The notes beneath the pieces were generated by a model. That model saw only the letters and a list, made by a program, of their open reading frames with translations. It was not told the origin of the DNA and ran no database searches. DNA of 64,000 bases, from contig NC_086108.1 in NCBI RefSeq assembly GCF_963921235.1, positions 112,222,001 to 112,286,000 of the forward strand, in the 5' to 3' direction. The stretch's first letter is position 1, and each line of letters starts with the position of its first letter. This DNA is from Mobula hypostoma (lineage: Eukaryota). A program made the position numbers and the translations under genes. Shown piece after piece: positions 12,731 to 26,475 of the stretch.

Positions 12731-13610
12731 TCTCTCCGATGAGACAGAATATCCAGGAGCAAAATGATTCCTATTTTTATCCTGTCAGGCACAATATCTT
12801 TTTTGTTTCAGTGAGATCATATATCACGCTTTGAAACTCTAGAAAGCACAGAACAAAACTACTTTATTGAACAGTTCAATCTGGCGATCGTCTGATGCTC
12901 TCTCTTGCATTTATATCCTTTCATAAACTCATGGCAATTTACAGAAAAGCTTGTATTAAGATTTCATTGTTTTAATTCCCAGAAAATAAAGGTACACAGA
13001 TTTAAAATGCCAACTTTTCCACCCATTTAAATGAAATTATTCATTTCTGTCTTTTTCAGCAGTAATCACTGTCAACCCAACTACTGTGGAAAGTACAAGT
13101 CCAACTCCCCTTTATCCCTGCTGCTGTGATCATCACTGTCCTGCATGCCTGGGTTTCATAAAAGAATTCAAGACAAGATTAAAGATGAGCACTATTTGCC
13201 ACATGTACACTGAAACATACAGTGAAATGTGTTGTTTGTAATAAATCAAACCAGCGAGGATTGTGCTGGGGGCAGCCCACAAGTGTCACCATGCTTCGAG
13301 TCCCAAGATATCATACCGACAAATCACTAACCCTAACCAATACATCTTTAGACTGCAAAAAGAAACTGGAGCACCCGGAAGAAACCCACAGTCATGGGGA
13401 GAATATATAAACACTATACAGAATACAAGGGGAAAATCAAACACCAATCTTACCCAGCTGGTGCTGTGGTAATGTGATCATTCAAGTAGAGTAAAATTTT
13501 CTCCAAAGGTGTTGTCTGTCAGTGGGTCATCTGGTGGCTGTACAAGCCAATCCAGGATCTACATATTCTGGTACAGTGTGGGCAAGAGTAAGTGGTGGCT
13601 GTGACTAGTG

Positions 13611-13779
13611 AACACAAAATAATCTGCAGATGCTGGGGTCAAAGCAACACTCACAACACGCTGGAGGAACTCAGCAGGTCGGGCAGCATCCTGTGACAGT
13701 CCTGACAAAGGGTTCCGGCCCGAAACATTGACCGATCTTTTCCACGGATGCTGCCCGATCTGCTGAGTTCCTCCAGCGT
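13611..13779. mobile_element. PLE-derived fold-back mini-element with 13-bp TSD
   Basis: Inverted arms at 13657-13691 and 13746-13780 enclose a decayed hammerhead (CTGACAA...GAAACATT). TSD GCTGTGACTAGTG at 13598-13610 and 13780-13792. Confidence 0.85.
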
Positions 13780-14559
13780 GCTGTGACTAGTGGTTGGGTC
13801 TTTTGGTTGTTCAGTCTCTTCTTTTGCAACTGCTGCTTTTTCTTTGCGGCACATTGGAGGTTGTTCCAACATAGCACAGCTCCCTCTAACACATTTCTTC
13901 CAGGTGTATCCATTGAGTGAAACATCTTCCCAGTTTTTAAGCAATGTCTTCCCTGTAATAGAATTACGCTCACCGCTATGCTACTGGGCCTACTGTGAAG
14001 TTGAGTCATATTATGCGGAGAGTACACAAACTCCTTAGAGACAGTGACACAAATCAAACCATCTTACAGATGACGTGTAACAGCATTATGCTGACTGCTA
14101 CACTACTGTGCCACATGCAAGGTTGATTAGCAATCACATCAATCTCTGTACGTTCCATCCACCCCTTCCATGGAAACAAACAGATCACTCCTTTAAAAAA
14201 GCCCTTCCTTTGTATCAACCAATAACATGGTAAAATGCCAAGTCCTCTGCTAAAAAGCAAATACAAGGGCAAAGCAAATAAAAGGCAAGCACAGGAATTT
14301 AAAAGTTGTCCAAAAACTCTTCTACTCTACTTGGATTCTGTACAACCCAGCACGTCTCCAGAGTTCTTGCCAATTGTCATTAAAGGGCAACACGACCCTG
14401 ATCAAAGCCAGTCATTCGCAGCATACAATGTTTAAAAATTATCTTCAAAAAGACAATTTTTAACAGACACTATTTTTAATAGGATTCAAAACTGTTTGTC
14501 ATTCCTTCAGTACACAAATGTAAAGGAGAGCAAAATGATTTTATTTCATTTAATTTTTT

Positions 14560-14830
14560 ATTTAGAGATACAGGGCAGAACAGGCCTTTCTGGCCCAATG
14601 AGCGTACTGCCTAGCAACCCTCCGATTTAACACTAACCTAATCACCAGGCAATTTACAATGACCAATTAACCTACTAACTGGTATTTCTTTGGACTGTGG
14701 GAGGAAACCAGAGCACCCAGAGGAAACATGCATTCACGGGGATGATGTACAAACTCCTTACAGGAATTGAACTCCAAACTCTGACATTGAATTGTAATAG
14801 TTTCATGGAAACTACTATGCTACCGTGACC
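14560..14830 (-). mobile_element. V-SINE (HE1-like)
   Basis: Reverse complement of gtttcctctgggtgctctggtttcctcccacagtccaaag...ggttaattggtcattgtaaattg. Related copies at about 46770-47060 (-), 47810-48085 (-) and 55510-55765 (+). Confidence 0.7.
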
Positions 14831-16029
14831 CCCATTGTTTCACATTGCCTACTGTGATTGTTACTCCGAATCTAATGCAGTATAAAGAACATAATAAAAA
14901 ACACTAACAAAAAGATAAAACCAACTAAAGTGTTATCATAATTGGCGAGCAGCAACACAGCATTTGTAAAAATTAACATCCACATCAAGAAGGGCAAATT
15001 CATGTCACGCTGTAGAAACATTCCCAGGATTGTTCACCCAGGATTTGGAGGAGTCTGTGTTGATAATGTCCCAAAAGCCTACACAAAATGTCATATGTCC
15101 TCCTTCAAACATGTTTAGAAGATTCAAGATTGTCATTCCCAGTACACAAATGAAAGGAGAATTCACTCCAACAATGAATACTTCCCACAATCTATGGACT
15201 CACTTTCAAGATCATGTTCTCAATATTTTTTTGTTTTTTTATTATTTTGTTTTCCCTTTTTTGTATTTGCAGTTTGTTGTCTTTTGTAAATTAGTGGTTG
15301 CTCCTGTGTGCATTTTCTCATTGATTGTTGTGTTCCTTTGTATTTATTGTGAATGCTGGCAAGAAAATAAATCTCACGATAGTATACGACACAAGCAATT
15401 TGACAATAAATTTACTTTGAAATTTATGTAGGCAGAAGGGATTAGTTTAGTTAGGCATTTAATGACTGGTTTAATTAGTCTGGCACAACAATGTGGGCTG
15501 AAGGGCCTATAGCTTGATGTGCTGTTTGTTCATAGCCATTAGTGTAACATTTCGCAACGTTTACGATCATCGATCAGGGTTCAATTCCTGCCACTGTCTG
15601 CAAGGAGTTTGTAAATTCTCACCATGACCACATGTTTCCTCCTACAGTACAAAGACTGTACTGTGGATTAATGTCAGTGAGCTGTAGGCATGCTATGTTC
15701 CCACTAGAAGCAGAGCAACACTTGCAGGCTGAAGACATATTCAAAGTTTTAGAAACAGCTTCTTCCCCTTTGTCGTCAGATTTCTGAATGGACAATGAAC
15801 ACAACTTCACGATCCCTCCTTTGCACTGCTTATTCACTATTTCTTATTGCAATTTATCGCAATGTTTTTATGTATTGCACTGTGATGATGGCTGGTTCTT
15901 CACTTGCGAAAATCATGAGGAAAGAAGAATCCTCAGGAGCTATGGTACAGTTGTTGGTGTCTTAAGAGGGCAGTGGGTGATCATTTCAATGGATGCTTCT
16001 TGGACGTGACGATTACCCTGAAAAGGCTC

Positions 16030-16820
16030 TCTTAGTGCTCTGTCCTCTGCCTCATAATGGCTTCCTTGTCTGTCAGCAGGCTGGAGCCTTCTGAATCTGA
16101 TGATTCAGACAATACATTACGTGCAGCGGTTCATAGAAGACTCAAATGTTTACGGTGTCTGCATAGTGCTGTGTTCGTTCTGCATCCATCTCAATTTGGA
16201 GGGTGCTGCATGCAGCTCTGTATTCTGCTATGGCCATTGGGTCTAGACAGCAGCACTTAAGAGGAAGAGTGTTTCTTTCGGAGAAAGTTCCAGACTTCAA
16301 TGTTGTTTTCATCAAACTAGTCCTCGTTTCTTCTTGAGTACCCAATTACCTCAACAGCCGTTTCTTGGATGGCATTCTTCAGGTGCTCCCATTTCTTTCC
16401 TGTGTCAGAGTCTGCACCTGGGGTGCCTTTGCTGTCCAGTTTCTTCCTTAGCTTGATCTGGAATACATCTCAGAGGCCGAAGAGCTTATCCACCTGGAGT
16501 CTCTTTGACCATGGTCCCCTTTTCCTTATTGTTGGTTTGATGGCCAGTCTGACTTTCCCCTCGACCAGTCTGTATTCAGCATGACCCTAGTGTGTAGAAC
16601 ATCCGGTACATCCTTTTGGCACATGAGCATATAGTCCAGGAGATCCTGTGTTTGGATCAGAGGTGTCTCCAGATTATCTTGAAACAGCATATTTGTTACA
16701 ACCAGGCCTAATTCTGTGCAGAGCTCCAGAAGCATCCTCCCATTGTTGCTGCAGTTTCCAACATCATGACGACCCAAGACTCCTGGCCATACTTCGACAT
16801 CTCTACGCATCCTGACACTG
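16030..16820 (-). mobile_element. RTE-type LINE endonuclease fragment
   Basis: GRHDVGNCSNNGRMLLELCTELGLVVTN...LDYMLM resembles the RTE-clade APE domain. Confidence 0.65.
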
Positions 16821-16867
16821 AGGTGTACTGTACTGCTACCACAAAACAAATTTCACAACATAAACCT

Positions 16868-17354
16868 AGTGGCCACTCTATTAGGTACAAGAGTGAAAGG
16901 TGTGGTCATCAGCTGCTGCCGCCCAGCCACTTCAAAGTTTAACATGTTGTACATTCAGAGATGCTCTTCTGCACACCACTGTTGTAACTCATGGTCATTT
17001 CTGTTACTGTTGCCTTCCTGTCAACCTGAATTATTCTCCTCTGACCTCCCTCATTAACAAGGTGCCTTTGTCCACAGAACCACTGCTCACTGCATGTTTT
17101 CGCTATTCACACAATTCCTTGTAAACTCCAGAGAGTAGTTTGAGATACTCAAACCACCCAATCTGGCATCAACAATAATTCCAGTCAGTCACTTAGATCA
17201 CATTGTTTCCCCATTCTGATGTTTGGTCTGAATGATAACTGAATCTCTTGACCATGCCTGCATGCTTTTATGCATTGAGTTGCTACCACATGGTTGGCTG
17301 ATTAGATACTTGCATTAATGTGGTATACAGGTGTGCTAACAGAGTGGACACTGA
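16868..17354. mobile_element. Tc1/mariner-type non-autonomous element, second copy
   Basis: agtggccactctattaggtac ... agagtggacact termini; interior homologous to 9960-10478. Confidence 0.65.
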
Positions 17355-17486
17355 TTTGAACCCATGGTGGAGGAATGAAGTACTTATTACACTTTCAGTA
17401 AAAGATGAAAAATCAAACTTAAGATAATTTCTTTATTAACTTATCCAATCACAATTTCTGAACATTTAGCATAAATCAGACTGCAT

Positions 17487-17752
17487 GATGGTGCAACAGT
17501 TAGCGTAACTCCGCAGCGGTATGAGCTGTCAAGTTCAATTCTATTGCCATCAATAAGGAGTGAATATATTCTCCCCATAAACACGTGGGTTTCCTCTGGG
17601 TGTTGCTGTTTACTCCCGTAGTCCAAAGATGTAGTGGTTAGCAGGTTAATTGGACATTGTAAATTGTCCTGTGATTAGGCTAGGGTTAAATAGGTGGGCT
17701 GTTAAGCAGTGAGCTTGTTGGGCCAATAGGCCTGGTCCACATTGTCTCTAAA
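17487..17752 (+). mobile_element. V-SINE (HE1-like)
   Basis: Degenerate B-box (agttcaattc), V-domain-like gggtttcctctgggtg...gtccaaagatgt, and CR1-like tail. Confidence 0.7.
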
Positions 17753-19453
17753 TACATTTCACAACTTATTTATGTCAGTGATTTAAAAAAAAAATCAGAT
17801 TCTGATTTGCTCCCATGCTGGAGGAGTGAGGGGCCCATTCTACTTTTGTTAAAAGACCAAAATAAAATCAAATATTTAAAATAATTCTTTGTAAACTTAA
17901 CCAATCTCTAATTCTAGACAATATTTGGCATTATTGGATCTAATTTTCCACAATATTCAGGCTACGTGCCTCCAACTCAGACCAATGTCATTCTAATTAG
18001 GCCAAGTTGATGTGGGAGGCAACAAGAAAGGGGTTTATTGATGTGGGACCAATTGAGTCAGTGATGCATGACATCTTGGCTGCAGGCCATATTCAGCCCA
18101 CAAGATATTCCTTTCGAAAACCGCCACAGCAAAGACTAGATAATGAGGAGATCCAATTGGCCAGCTCAGCATTCTCCAGAGACAATGCTGAACATTTAAC
18201 ATTCAACATTCCAAAACAGCTTCCTAAATAAAACCACCATTCTTCTTCTATTTTCTAACAAGCTTTCATCTGCTGGATCAGCAGTCAGACTGTTCCAGAT
18301 TGCACAACTTTGTATCTTTCATACGGAGGCAATGTGTTATCTGTAACTTGTCTCTGCAATTATGAATCTAAATATAGGAATATGGATAAATATATGGATC
18401 CAAGGCAGCCAATAGCTGCAAAGCAAACTCCCACACTGATCAGTACAAAGAACAGTACAGCACAGGCCCTTTGGTCCACAATGTAATGACGACCTTTTAA
18501 ACTAGTCTAAGATCTAACCCTTCCTTCCCACATAACACCCCCCGCCCCATTTTTCTATCATCCATGTGTCTATCCAAGAGTTTGTTAAAATGTCACAAAT
18601 ATATCGGCTTCTACCATCACCCCGGCAGCAAGAACCATGCACCCACCATTAAAAATAAGTTACCTCTGACATCCCCACCCCCATACATCCCAGCAATCAC
18701 CTCAAAATTATGATCTCTCTTACAAGTCATTTCTACCTTGGGAAAAGCCTCTGGCAGTCTATGAACCATACGTCTTATCTTGTAGACCTCCATCACATCA
18801 CCTCTCATCTGCCTTTTCTCCAGACAGAAAAGCCTTAGCTCGCTCAACCTGTGTCATTAAGACATGCTCTGCAATCCAGGCAGCATCCTGGTAAATCTCC
18901 TCTGCACTCTCTAAAACTTCCACATCCTCCCTATAATGAGACGACCAGTATCCTGGTAAACCTATGCTGCTGCCAATTCACAAACTCCATTTACTGTTAA
19001 GAAAATTAAGACCATAAGATATAGGAGCAGAAGTAGGACATTTGCCCCGTCGAGTCTGCTCTACCATTCAATCATGGCTAATACAATTCTTCCAATCATC
19101 CCCACTCCCCTGCCTTCTCCCCATACCCCCCGATGCCCTGGCTAATCAAGAACCTATCTCTGCCTTAAATGCACCCAATGACTTAGCCTCCACAGTCGCT
19201 CGCTGCAACAAATTCCACAGATTTACTACCCTCTGACTAAAGTAATTTATCCGCATCTCTGTTCTAAATGGACGTCTTTCAATCGTGAAGTCGTGCCCTC
19301 TTATCCTAGACTCACCTACCATGGGCAATAACTACCATATCTAATATGTTCAGGACCTTTAACATTTGCAATGTTTCTATGAGATCCCCTTCATTCTCCT
19401 GAGCTCCAGGGAATACAGCCCAAGAGCTACCAGACGTTCCTCATATGGTAACC

Positions 19454-19950
19454 TGTTCAGTCTGTTCTCTGTTCGTCCATCACTGTCTGGTTTGGATCAG
19501 CTACCAAACAAGACAAGAATAGACTCCAAAGAACCGTCAGGGCCGCGGAAAGGATTATTGGTGTGAAGCTGCCCTCGATCCAGGACTTATATGCATCTAG
19601 AGTCAGGAAGCGAGCAAGCAGCATCATTGTAGACCCATCGCACCCTGGACATCACCTGTTCCAACTCCTTCCTTCTGGTAGGCACTTTAGATCACTGTAT
19701 GCCAGGACAAATAGGTACAAGAATAGTTTCTTTCCGTATGCCATCAGTCTTATGAACACTTGAATTTCAGTCTATTATAAACCAAGTCCACCTGTACATA
19801 CAGAGGTATACCTCATTGTATATAGTTCATGATTATTTGCACTTTTGTTTTGTTTGCTTTTTGATTCTGTACAGCGAGATCTCAGGGAAACCGGCATCAA
19901 ATTCCCTGTATGTGTCCACATACTTGGCAATAATAAAGGATTCTGATTCC
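19454..19950 (+). mobile_element. Rex/Babar-type 3' fragment
   Basis: DPSHPGHHLFQLLPSGR...SFFP motif, AATAAA and a GATTCT-type repeat tail. Confidence 0.75.
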
Positions 19951-20298
19951 GATTCCTGGAATCATTCTCGTGAATCTTCTCTGAACCCTCTCCAATGTCA
20001 GCATATCCTTTCTAAAATAAGGAGCCCAAAACTGCACACAATACTCCCAAGTGTGCCTTATAGAGCCCCAACATCACATCCCTACTCTTATATTCGATAC
20101 CGCTAGAAATGAATGCCAACATTTCATTCACCTTCTTCACCACTAACTCGACCTGGAGGTTAACCTTTAGGGTATCCTGCACAAGGACTCCCATGTCCCT
20201 TTGCATCTCTGTGTTCTTAATTCTTCCTCTATCTGAATAATAGTCTGCCCATTTATTTCTTCCACCAAAGTACATGACCATATTCTTTCCAACATTGT

Positions 20299-22528
20299 TA
20301 GATTAGATTAAACTTTATTGTCATTGTGCCGAGTACAGATACAAAGCCAATGAAATGCAGTTAGCATCTAACCAGAAATGCAAAGAATAGTGTTATTTAC
20401 AAAATAACTGCGAATAAAAAGTAAGTGCTACAGCACACAAATATTAAGGTACTGAGACAGTACAATATGGGTGCAATACTGCTTAGCACTGTGACGTGAG
20501 GTTCAGCGGGTTACAGCCTCAGGGAAGAAGCTCTTCCTGTGCCTGCTGATGTGGGAGCGGAGGCTCCTGTACTGCCTACCAGATGGGAGGAGAGTAAAAA
20601 GTCCATGGTCAGGGTGAGATGCATCCTTGATAATGCTTTTCGCCCTGCCCAGGCAGTGTTTATGGTAGATGTTCTCAATGGTGGGCTATTGGGTGCCGAT
20701 AATCCACTGGGCAGTTTTCACCACATGCTGGAGTGCTTTGCGGTCTGATACGTGACAATTGCCATACCACACTGAGATGCAGTTGGTGAGTATGCTCTCA
20801 ATGGTACAGCGGTAAAAGTCCAATCAGTATCCTGGGACAGAGGTGAGCTTTCTTGATGCTCCGCAGGAAATAAAGGCGCTGTTGTGCCTTTTTGATCAGG
20901 ATGGAGGAGTTCAGGGACCAAGTGAGATCCTCGGAATTGTGGACACCAAAGAATTTGAAGCTTGATACGCGTTCCACTACAGTTCTGTTGATGTAGATGG
21001 AGACGCGAGTGTGGCTCCTAGCATGCCTGAAGTCCAGAATGATCTCCTTGGTCTTCTGGGTGTTAAGGGCCAGGTTGTTGTCGGCACACCACGCGGCCAG
21101 GTGCTGAACCTCGTCCCTGTAGACCGTCTCATCATCCCCTCTGATCAGGCCAACCACTGTGGTGTTGTCTGCGAACTTGATTATGGAGTTAAGAACCATG
21201 TACAAGAATGCAGTCATAGGTGAAAAGGGAGTACAGAACAGGGCTCAGCAAACAAGCCTTGAGGCACGCCGGTGTTCAGGGTGAGAGTGGAGGAGGAGAG
21301 GTTGTCTAATTTAAATGATTGGGGTCTGTTAGTCATCAAGTCCAAGGTCCAATTGCAGAGGGATGAGCTGATATCAAGCTGGCAAAGTTTGGCAATCAGC
21401 TTGGAGGGATCACAGTATTGAATGCCAAACTAAAGTCAATGACCACCATTCTGATGTAAGAGTTGGGGCTGTGTAGGTGGGGCAGGACAGTAAAGTGCCA
21501 TGGAGATGGCGTCCTCTGTTGACCTGTTGGTGCGATAGGCAAATTGATGGGGCTCCAGGGTAGTGGGCAGACAGGATTTCAGATGTGATAGAACCAGTCT
21601 TTCAAAGCACTTTGCAATGATGGGGGTGAGTGCAACTGGGTGGAAGTCATTCAGGCCCGTGGCAGTGGAATGCTTCGGCACTGGCATGACGGTGGCCATC
21701 TTGAAGCTTGTGGGGAGAACCACCTGGGCCAGGGACAGATTAAAAATGTCCGTGAAGACCCCAGCCAACTGCCCTGCACAGTCTCTGGAGCACACGACCA
21801 GGTATTCCATCTGGACCAGCTGCCTTCTGTACATTCACCCTGCTCAGGGTAGCACAAACATCAGAGGTACAAAGTGAGAGAAGCAGTTCACCAGGTGGGA
21901 CGTCCGCTTTGAGGGTGACCTCCTTGTTCTCTTGGTCAAAGCGAGTGTAGAAGTAATTGAGCTCATCAGGGAGGGAAGCAGAGCTGGAAGGGGGCACAGT
22001 ACCAGGTGGTTTGAAATCTGTAATGACCTGTATGCCATTTCACATGCACCGGGGGTCTGAGGAATTGAAATGCTCCTTGATTCTCTGTTTGTATATGTGT
22101 TTAGCCTGAGAGATGCCCCTCCTCAAGTTGGCCCTGGCTGAGCTGTAAGCCTCCCGGTCTCCACACCTGAAGGCTGAATCTCTGGCTTTGAGCAGGAGGT
22201 GAACTTCCCTGTTCATCCATGGTTTCTGACTGGGGAAAACTTTTACTTGTTTTTGTGATGTCACTCTATCTACACATTTGTTGATGTGCTCAAGGACAGA
22301 GTTGGTATATAAATCAATGTTAATCTGAGAGTCTGTGGTGGTATGGGCAGCAAACGCACTCCAGTCTGTGTGCTGGAATTGGTGCTGAAGAGCAAAGTCA
22401 GCACCCTCCAGCCAGATCTTAATAGTCTTCATTGTGGGTTTCACACACTTAATGACCGGGCTATACTTGGGAAGCAGAAACAATGAAATATGGTCCTACT
22501 GTCCCAGGTGGGGGAGGGTAATTGCTTT
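20299..22528 (-). mobile_element. Rex/Babar-type LINE, 5'-truncated and degenerate
   Basis: KPWMNREV, VALTPIIAKCFERLV, QFAYRTNRSTEDAI, IKFADNTTVVG, KKAQQRLYFLR motifs; (AATCT)n tail at 20299. Confidence 0.88.
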
Positions 22529-22706
22529 GTATTTCATTTGTATACTTTGCCCATTCCCCTAAACTATCCAAGTCTCTCTACAGGCTTTCTGTTTCCTCAA
22601 CACTGCCTGTTCCTCCACCTATCTTTGTATCATCGGCAAATTTAGCCATAAATCCATTAATCCCATAGTCCAAATCATTGACATACACCGTAGCAAGCAG
22701 CGGTCC

Positions 22707-24051
22707 TGTTATGTAACTGGCAACAATGAATATCAATCGAGTCAGGATATATAAAAACAACCAAACATTTATTAAACACGGATAAACAATAAAAAACGAA
22801 TGAAAAACCTTAACCAGAAGTTAACCGCTATGCGGCCGTTCAACAAATCGCCACTCGGTACTGGTTCTTAAAGCGATAAATGCGAAAACAGTTCTTAAAG
22901 CGGTAAAGTCAAATACAGTTCTTCAAATGGTGAATTCAAATGTCCAACAGATTTATACATTCATAGTCATACTTTATTGATCCCGGGGGAAATTGGTTTT
23001 CGTTACAGTCGCACCATAAATAATAAATAGTAATAAAACCATAAATAGTTAAATAGTAATATGTAAATTATGCCAGTAAATTATGAAATAAGTCCAGGAC
23101 CAGCCTGTTGGCTCAGGGTGTCTGACCCTCCAAAGGAGGAGTTGTAATTTAAATGGCCACAGGCAGGAATGACTTCCTATGACGCTCTGTGTTGCATCTC
23201 GGTGGAATGAGTCTCTGGCTGAATGTACTCCTGTACCCACCCAATACATTATGTAGTGGATGGGAGACATTGTCCAAGATGGCATGCAACTTGGTCAGCA
23301 TCCTCTTCTCAGACACCACCGTCAGAGAGTCCAGTTCCATCCCCACATCACTGGCCTTACGAATGAGTTTGTTGATTCTGTTGGTGTCTGCTACCCTCAG
23401 CCTGCTGCCCCAGCACACAACAGCAAACATGATAGCACTGGCCACCACAGACTCAATTAGGAGAGACTTCTCTGGAGAAGGATTTCTTCATAGACCCGAC
23501 TTTCCTGCTGGTTCTGTCCAAAGGATTCACGATGAAGGAAATAAACAGCTTAAAATAACTGATCTTTCTTCTGGCGAGCAAATCCTGCATGAACTACCTT
23601 ACTCTTTTGGCAGGAGCCATCTTCGATGCAGGTCGCTACTGCTTCAACGAAGACACAATAAGGTCGATCCTTTGTTAAACTGCCGAACAATACCAACTTC
23701 TCTTAATCCTTCAGGTCCTGTACTTCGATAAAGTCTTCACTTTCCAATACTACTGAAAAGGTACATCGACAAACCTGGCAGAAACTGCCAGTCCAGTACT
23801 ATTGCACCTTACAATAGAACGCAAAACTCCGTTGTAAAAATGAAACTGCGTCATAAAACAAATAAGCAACAGAACAGAGACACTGACAAATGTTCTAGCT
23901 GGAAAATCTAACTGCGTCACCAGAGGTCTTCCCTTTTATACCCGTGGAGAACATGTCATCACGTGACCTCACATCGGTGGGAAAATTACATCAGGTGACC
24001 TCCAAAACACCATTACATCATTCTCACAAGATCCCCTTGAGGTATGTAACA
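22707..24051 (-). mobile_element. Solo LTR (Gypsy-like or ERV) with 4-bp TSD
   Basis: Inverted termini TGTTA...TAACA; TSD GTCC at 22703-22706 and 24052-24055; minus-strand TATAAA (23935-23940) and AATAAA (22768-22773). The host CR1 reads through when it is removed. Confidence 0.85.
22962..23454 (-). mobile_element. Young Rex/Babar 3' fragment inserted in the solo LTR
   Basis: VVASAIMFAVVCWGS...RKSFLPVAI and TATGAC tail; near-identical to 42064-42442 and 57270-57947. Confidence 0.85.
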
Positions 24052-25482
24052 GTCCCAACACCGACCCATGTGGAACTCCACTGGTAACCGGCAGCCAGCC
24101 AGAATAGGATCCCTTTATTCCCACTCTCTGCTTTCTGCCGATCAACCAATGCTCCACCCATGCTAGTAACTCCCCTGTAATGCCATGGGCTCTCATCTTG
24201 CTAAGCAGCCTCCTGTGCGGCACCTTGTCTGAAAATCCAAGTATACCATATCCACTGCATTTCCTTTGTCTACCCTGCTTATAATTTTCTCAAAAAAATC
24301 GCAGTAGGTTAGTCAGGCAGGATTTTCCCTATCAGGAAACCATGCTGGTTTTTGCCTATCTTGTCGTGCACCTCCAATTACTCCGTGATCTCATCCCTAA
24401 CTATTGATTCCAAGAACTTTCCAGCCAATGATGTCAGACTAACAGGTCTATCGTTTCCTTTCTGCTGCCTCCCACCCTTCTTAAATAGCGGAGCAACATT
24501 TGCAAGTTTCCAGTCATTCAGTACAATCCCAGAATCTATCAATTCTTGAAAGATCATTGTTAATGCCTCCACAATCTCTCCTTCAGAAGCTGATGGTGTA
24601 TTCCATCAAGTCCAGGAGATTTATCCACCCTCAGACCATTAAGCTTCCTGAGCACCATCTCAGTCGTAATTTTCACTACACATACTTCACTTCCCTGACA
24701 CTCTTGAATGTCTGGTATACTGCAGATGTCTTCCAATGTGAAGACTTATGCAAAATACACATTCAGTTCCTCTGCCATCTCTGCGTCTCTCATTACAATA
24801 TCTCCAAAGTCATTCTATTGGTCCTATAACCCTCAACTCTTTGACCCCTTATATACTTACAAAAGCTTTGAGTACTTCTTTGATATTAGTCGCTAGCTTC
24901 CTTACATAATCCATCTTTTCCTTCCTAATGAACTTCTTAGTTTCCTTCTGCAAGTTTTTAAAAGCTTTCCAATCCTCTATCTTGCCACCATCTTTGGCTT
25001 CATTGCATGCCCTCTCTTTTGCTTTTACTTTGGCTCTGACTTCACTTGTCAGCCACAGTAGTGTCCTTCTTCCATTTGCAAATTTCTTATTTGGAATATA
25101 TCTGTCTTGCACTTCCCTCACATTTCACAGAAACTCCAGCCATTGCTGCTCTGCTGTCCTTCCCTCTCCAGTAAACCTCAGCCAGTTCCCCTCTCATGCC
25201 ATTGTAATTTCCTTTATTCCACTGAAATACCGACACAGTGGGATTCAGCTTCTTCTCAAATTTCAATGTGAACTCAATCATATTGTGATCACTGTTCCCT
25301 AAGGGGTCCTCAACCTTCAGCTCTCTTATCACCTCTGGATCATTGCACAACACCCAATCCAACATAGCCGATCCCCTAGTGGGCTCAATAACAAGCTGTC
25401 CTAAAAGGCCATCCCTTAGACATTCTACAAATTCTCTCGAAGTCCAGTATAGGCCTGGTTTTCACAATCCACTTTCATGTTA

Positions 25483-26475
25483 TATATTTATTACATATAT
25501 GTTCAATATATATTAATGACTTAGATGAGGGAATTAAATGCAGCATCTCCAATTTTGCGGATGACACGAAGCTGGGCGGCAGTGTTAGCTGTGAGGAGGA
25601 TGCTAAGAGGATGCAGGGTGATTTGGATAGGTTAGGTGAGTGGGCAAGTTCATGGCAGATGCAATTTAATGTGGATAAATGTGAGGTTATGCACTTTGGT
25701 AGCAAGAACAGGAAAACAGATTATCTGAATGGTGGCCGATTAGGAAAAGGGGAGGTGCAACGAGACCTGGGTGTCATTATACACCAGTCATTGAAAGTGG
25801 GCATGCAGGTACAGCAGGCGGTGAAAAAGGCGAATGATATGCTGGCATTCATGGCAAGAGGATTCGAGTACAGGAGCAGGGAGGTTCTACTGCAGTTGTA
25901 CAAGGCCTTGGTGAGACCACACCTGGAGTACTGTGCGCAGTTTTGGTCCCCTAATCTGAGGAAAGACATTCGTGCCATAGAGGGAGTACAAAGAAGGCTC
26001 ACCAGATTGATTCCTGGGATGGCAGGACTTTCATATGATGAAAGACTGGATCGACTAGGCTTATACTCTCTGGAATTTAGAAGATTGAGGGGGGATCTGA
26101 TTGAAACGTATAAAATTCTAAGGGGATTGGACAGGCTAGATGCAGGAAGATTGTTCCCGATGTTGGGGAAGTCCAGAACGAGGGGTCACAGTTTGAGGAT
26201 AAAGGGGAAGCCTTTTAGGACCGAGATGAGGAAAAACTTCTTCACACGGAGAGTGGTGAATCTGTGGAATTCTTTGCCACAGGAAACAGTTGAGGCCAGT
26301 TCATTGGCTATATTTAAGAGTGAGTTAGATATGGCCCTTGGGGCTAAAGGGATCGGGGGTATGGAGAGAAGGCAGATACAGGGTTCTGAGTTGGATGATC
26401 AGCCATGATCATACCGAATGGCGGTGCAGGTTCGAAGGGCCGAATGGCCTACTCCTGCACCTATTTTCTATGTCT
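25483..26475 (+). mobile_element. Young CR1, 5'-truncated, with 6-bp TSD
   Basis: Open RT C-terminal ORF 25611-26408, TTTTCTATG tail, TSD ATGTTA at 25477-25482 and 26476-26481. Confidence 0.9.
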
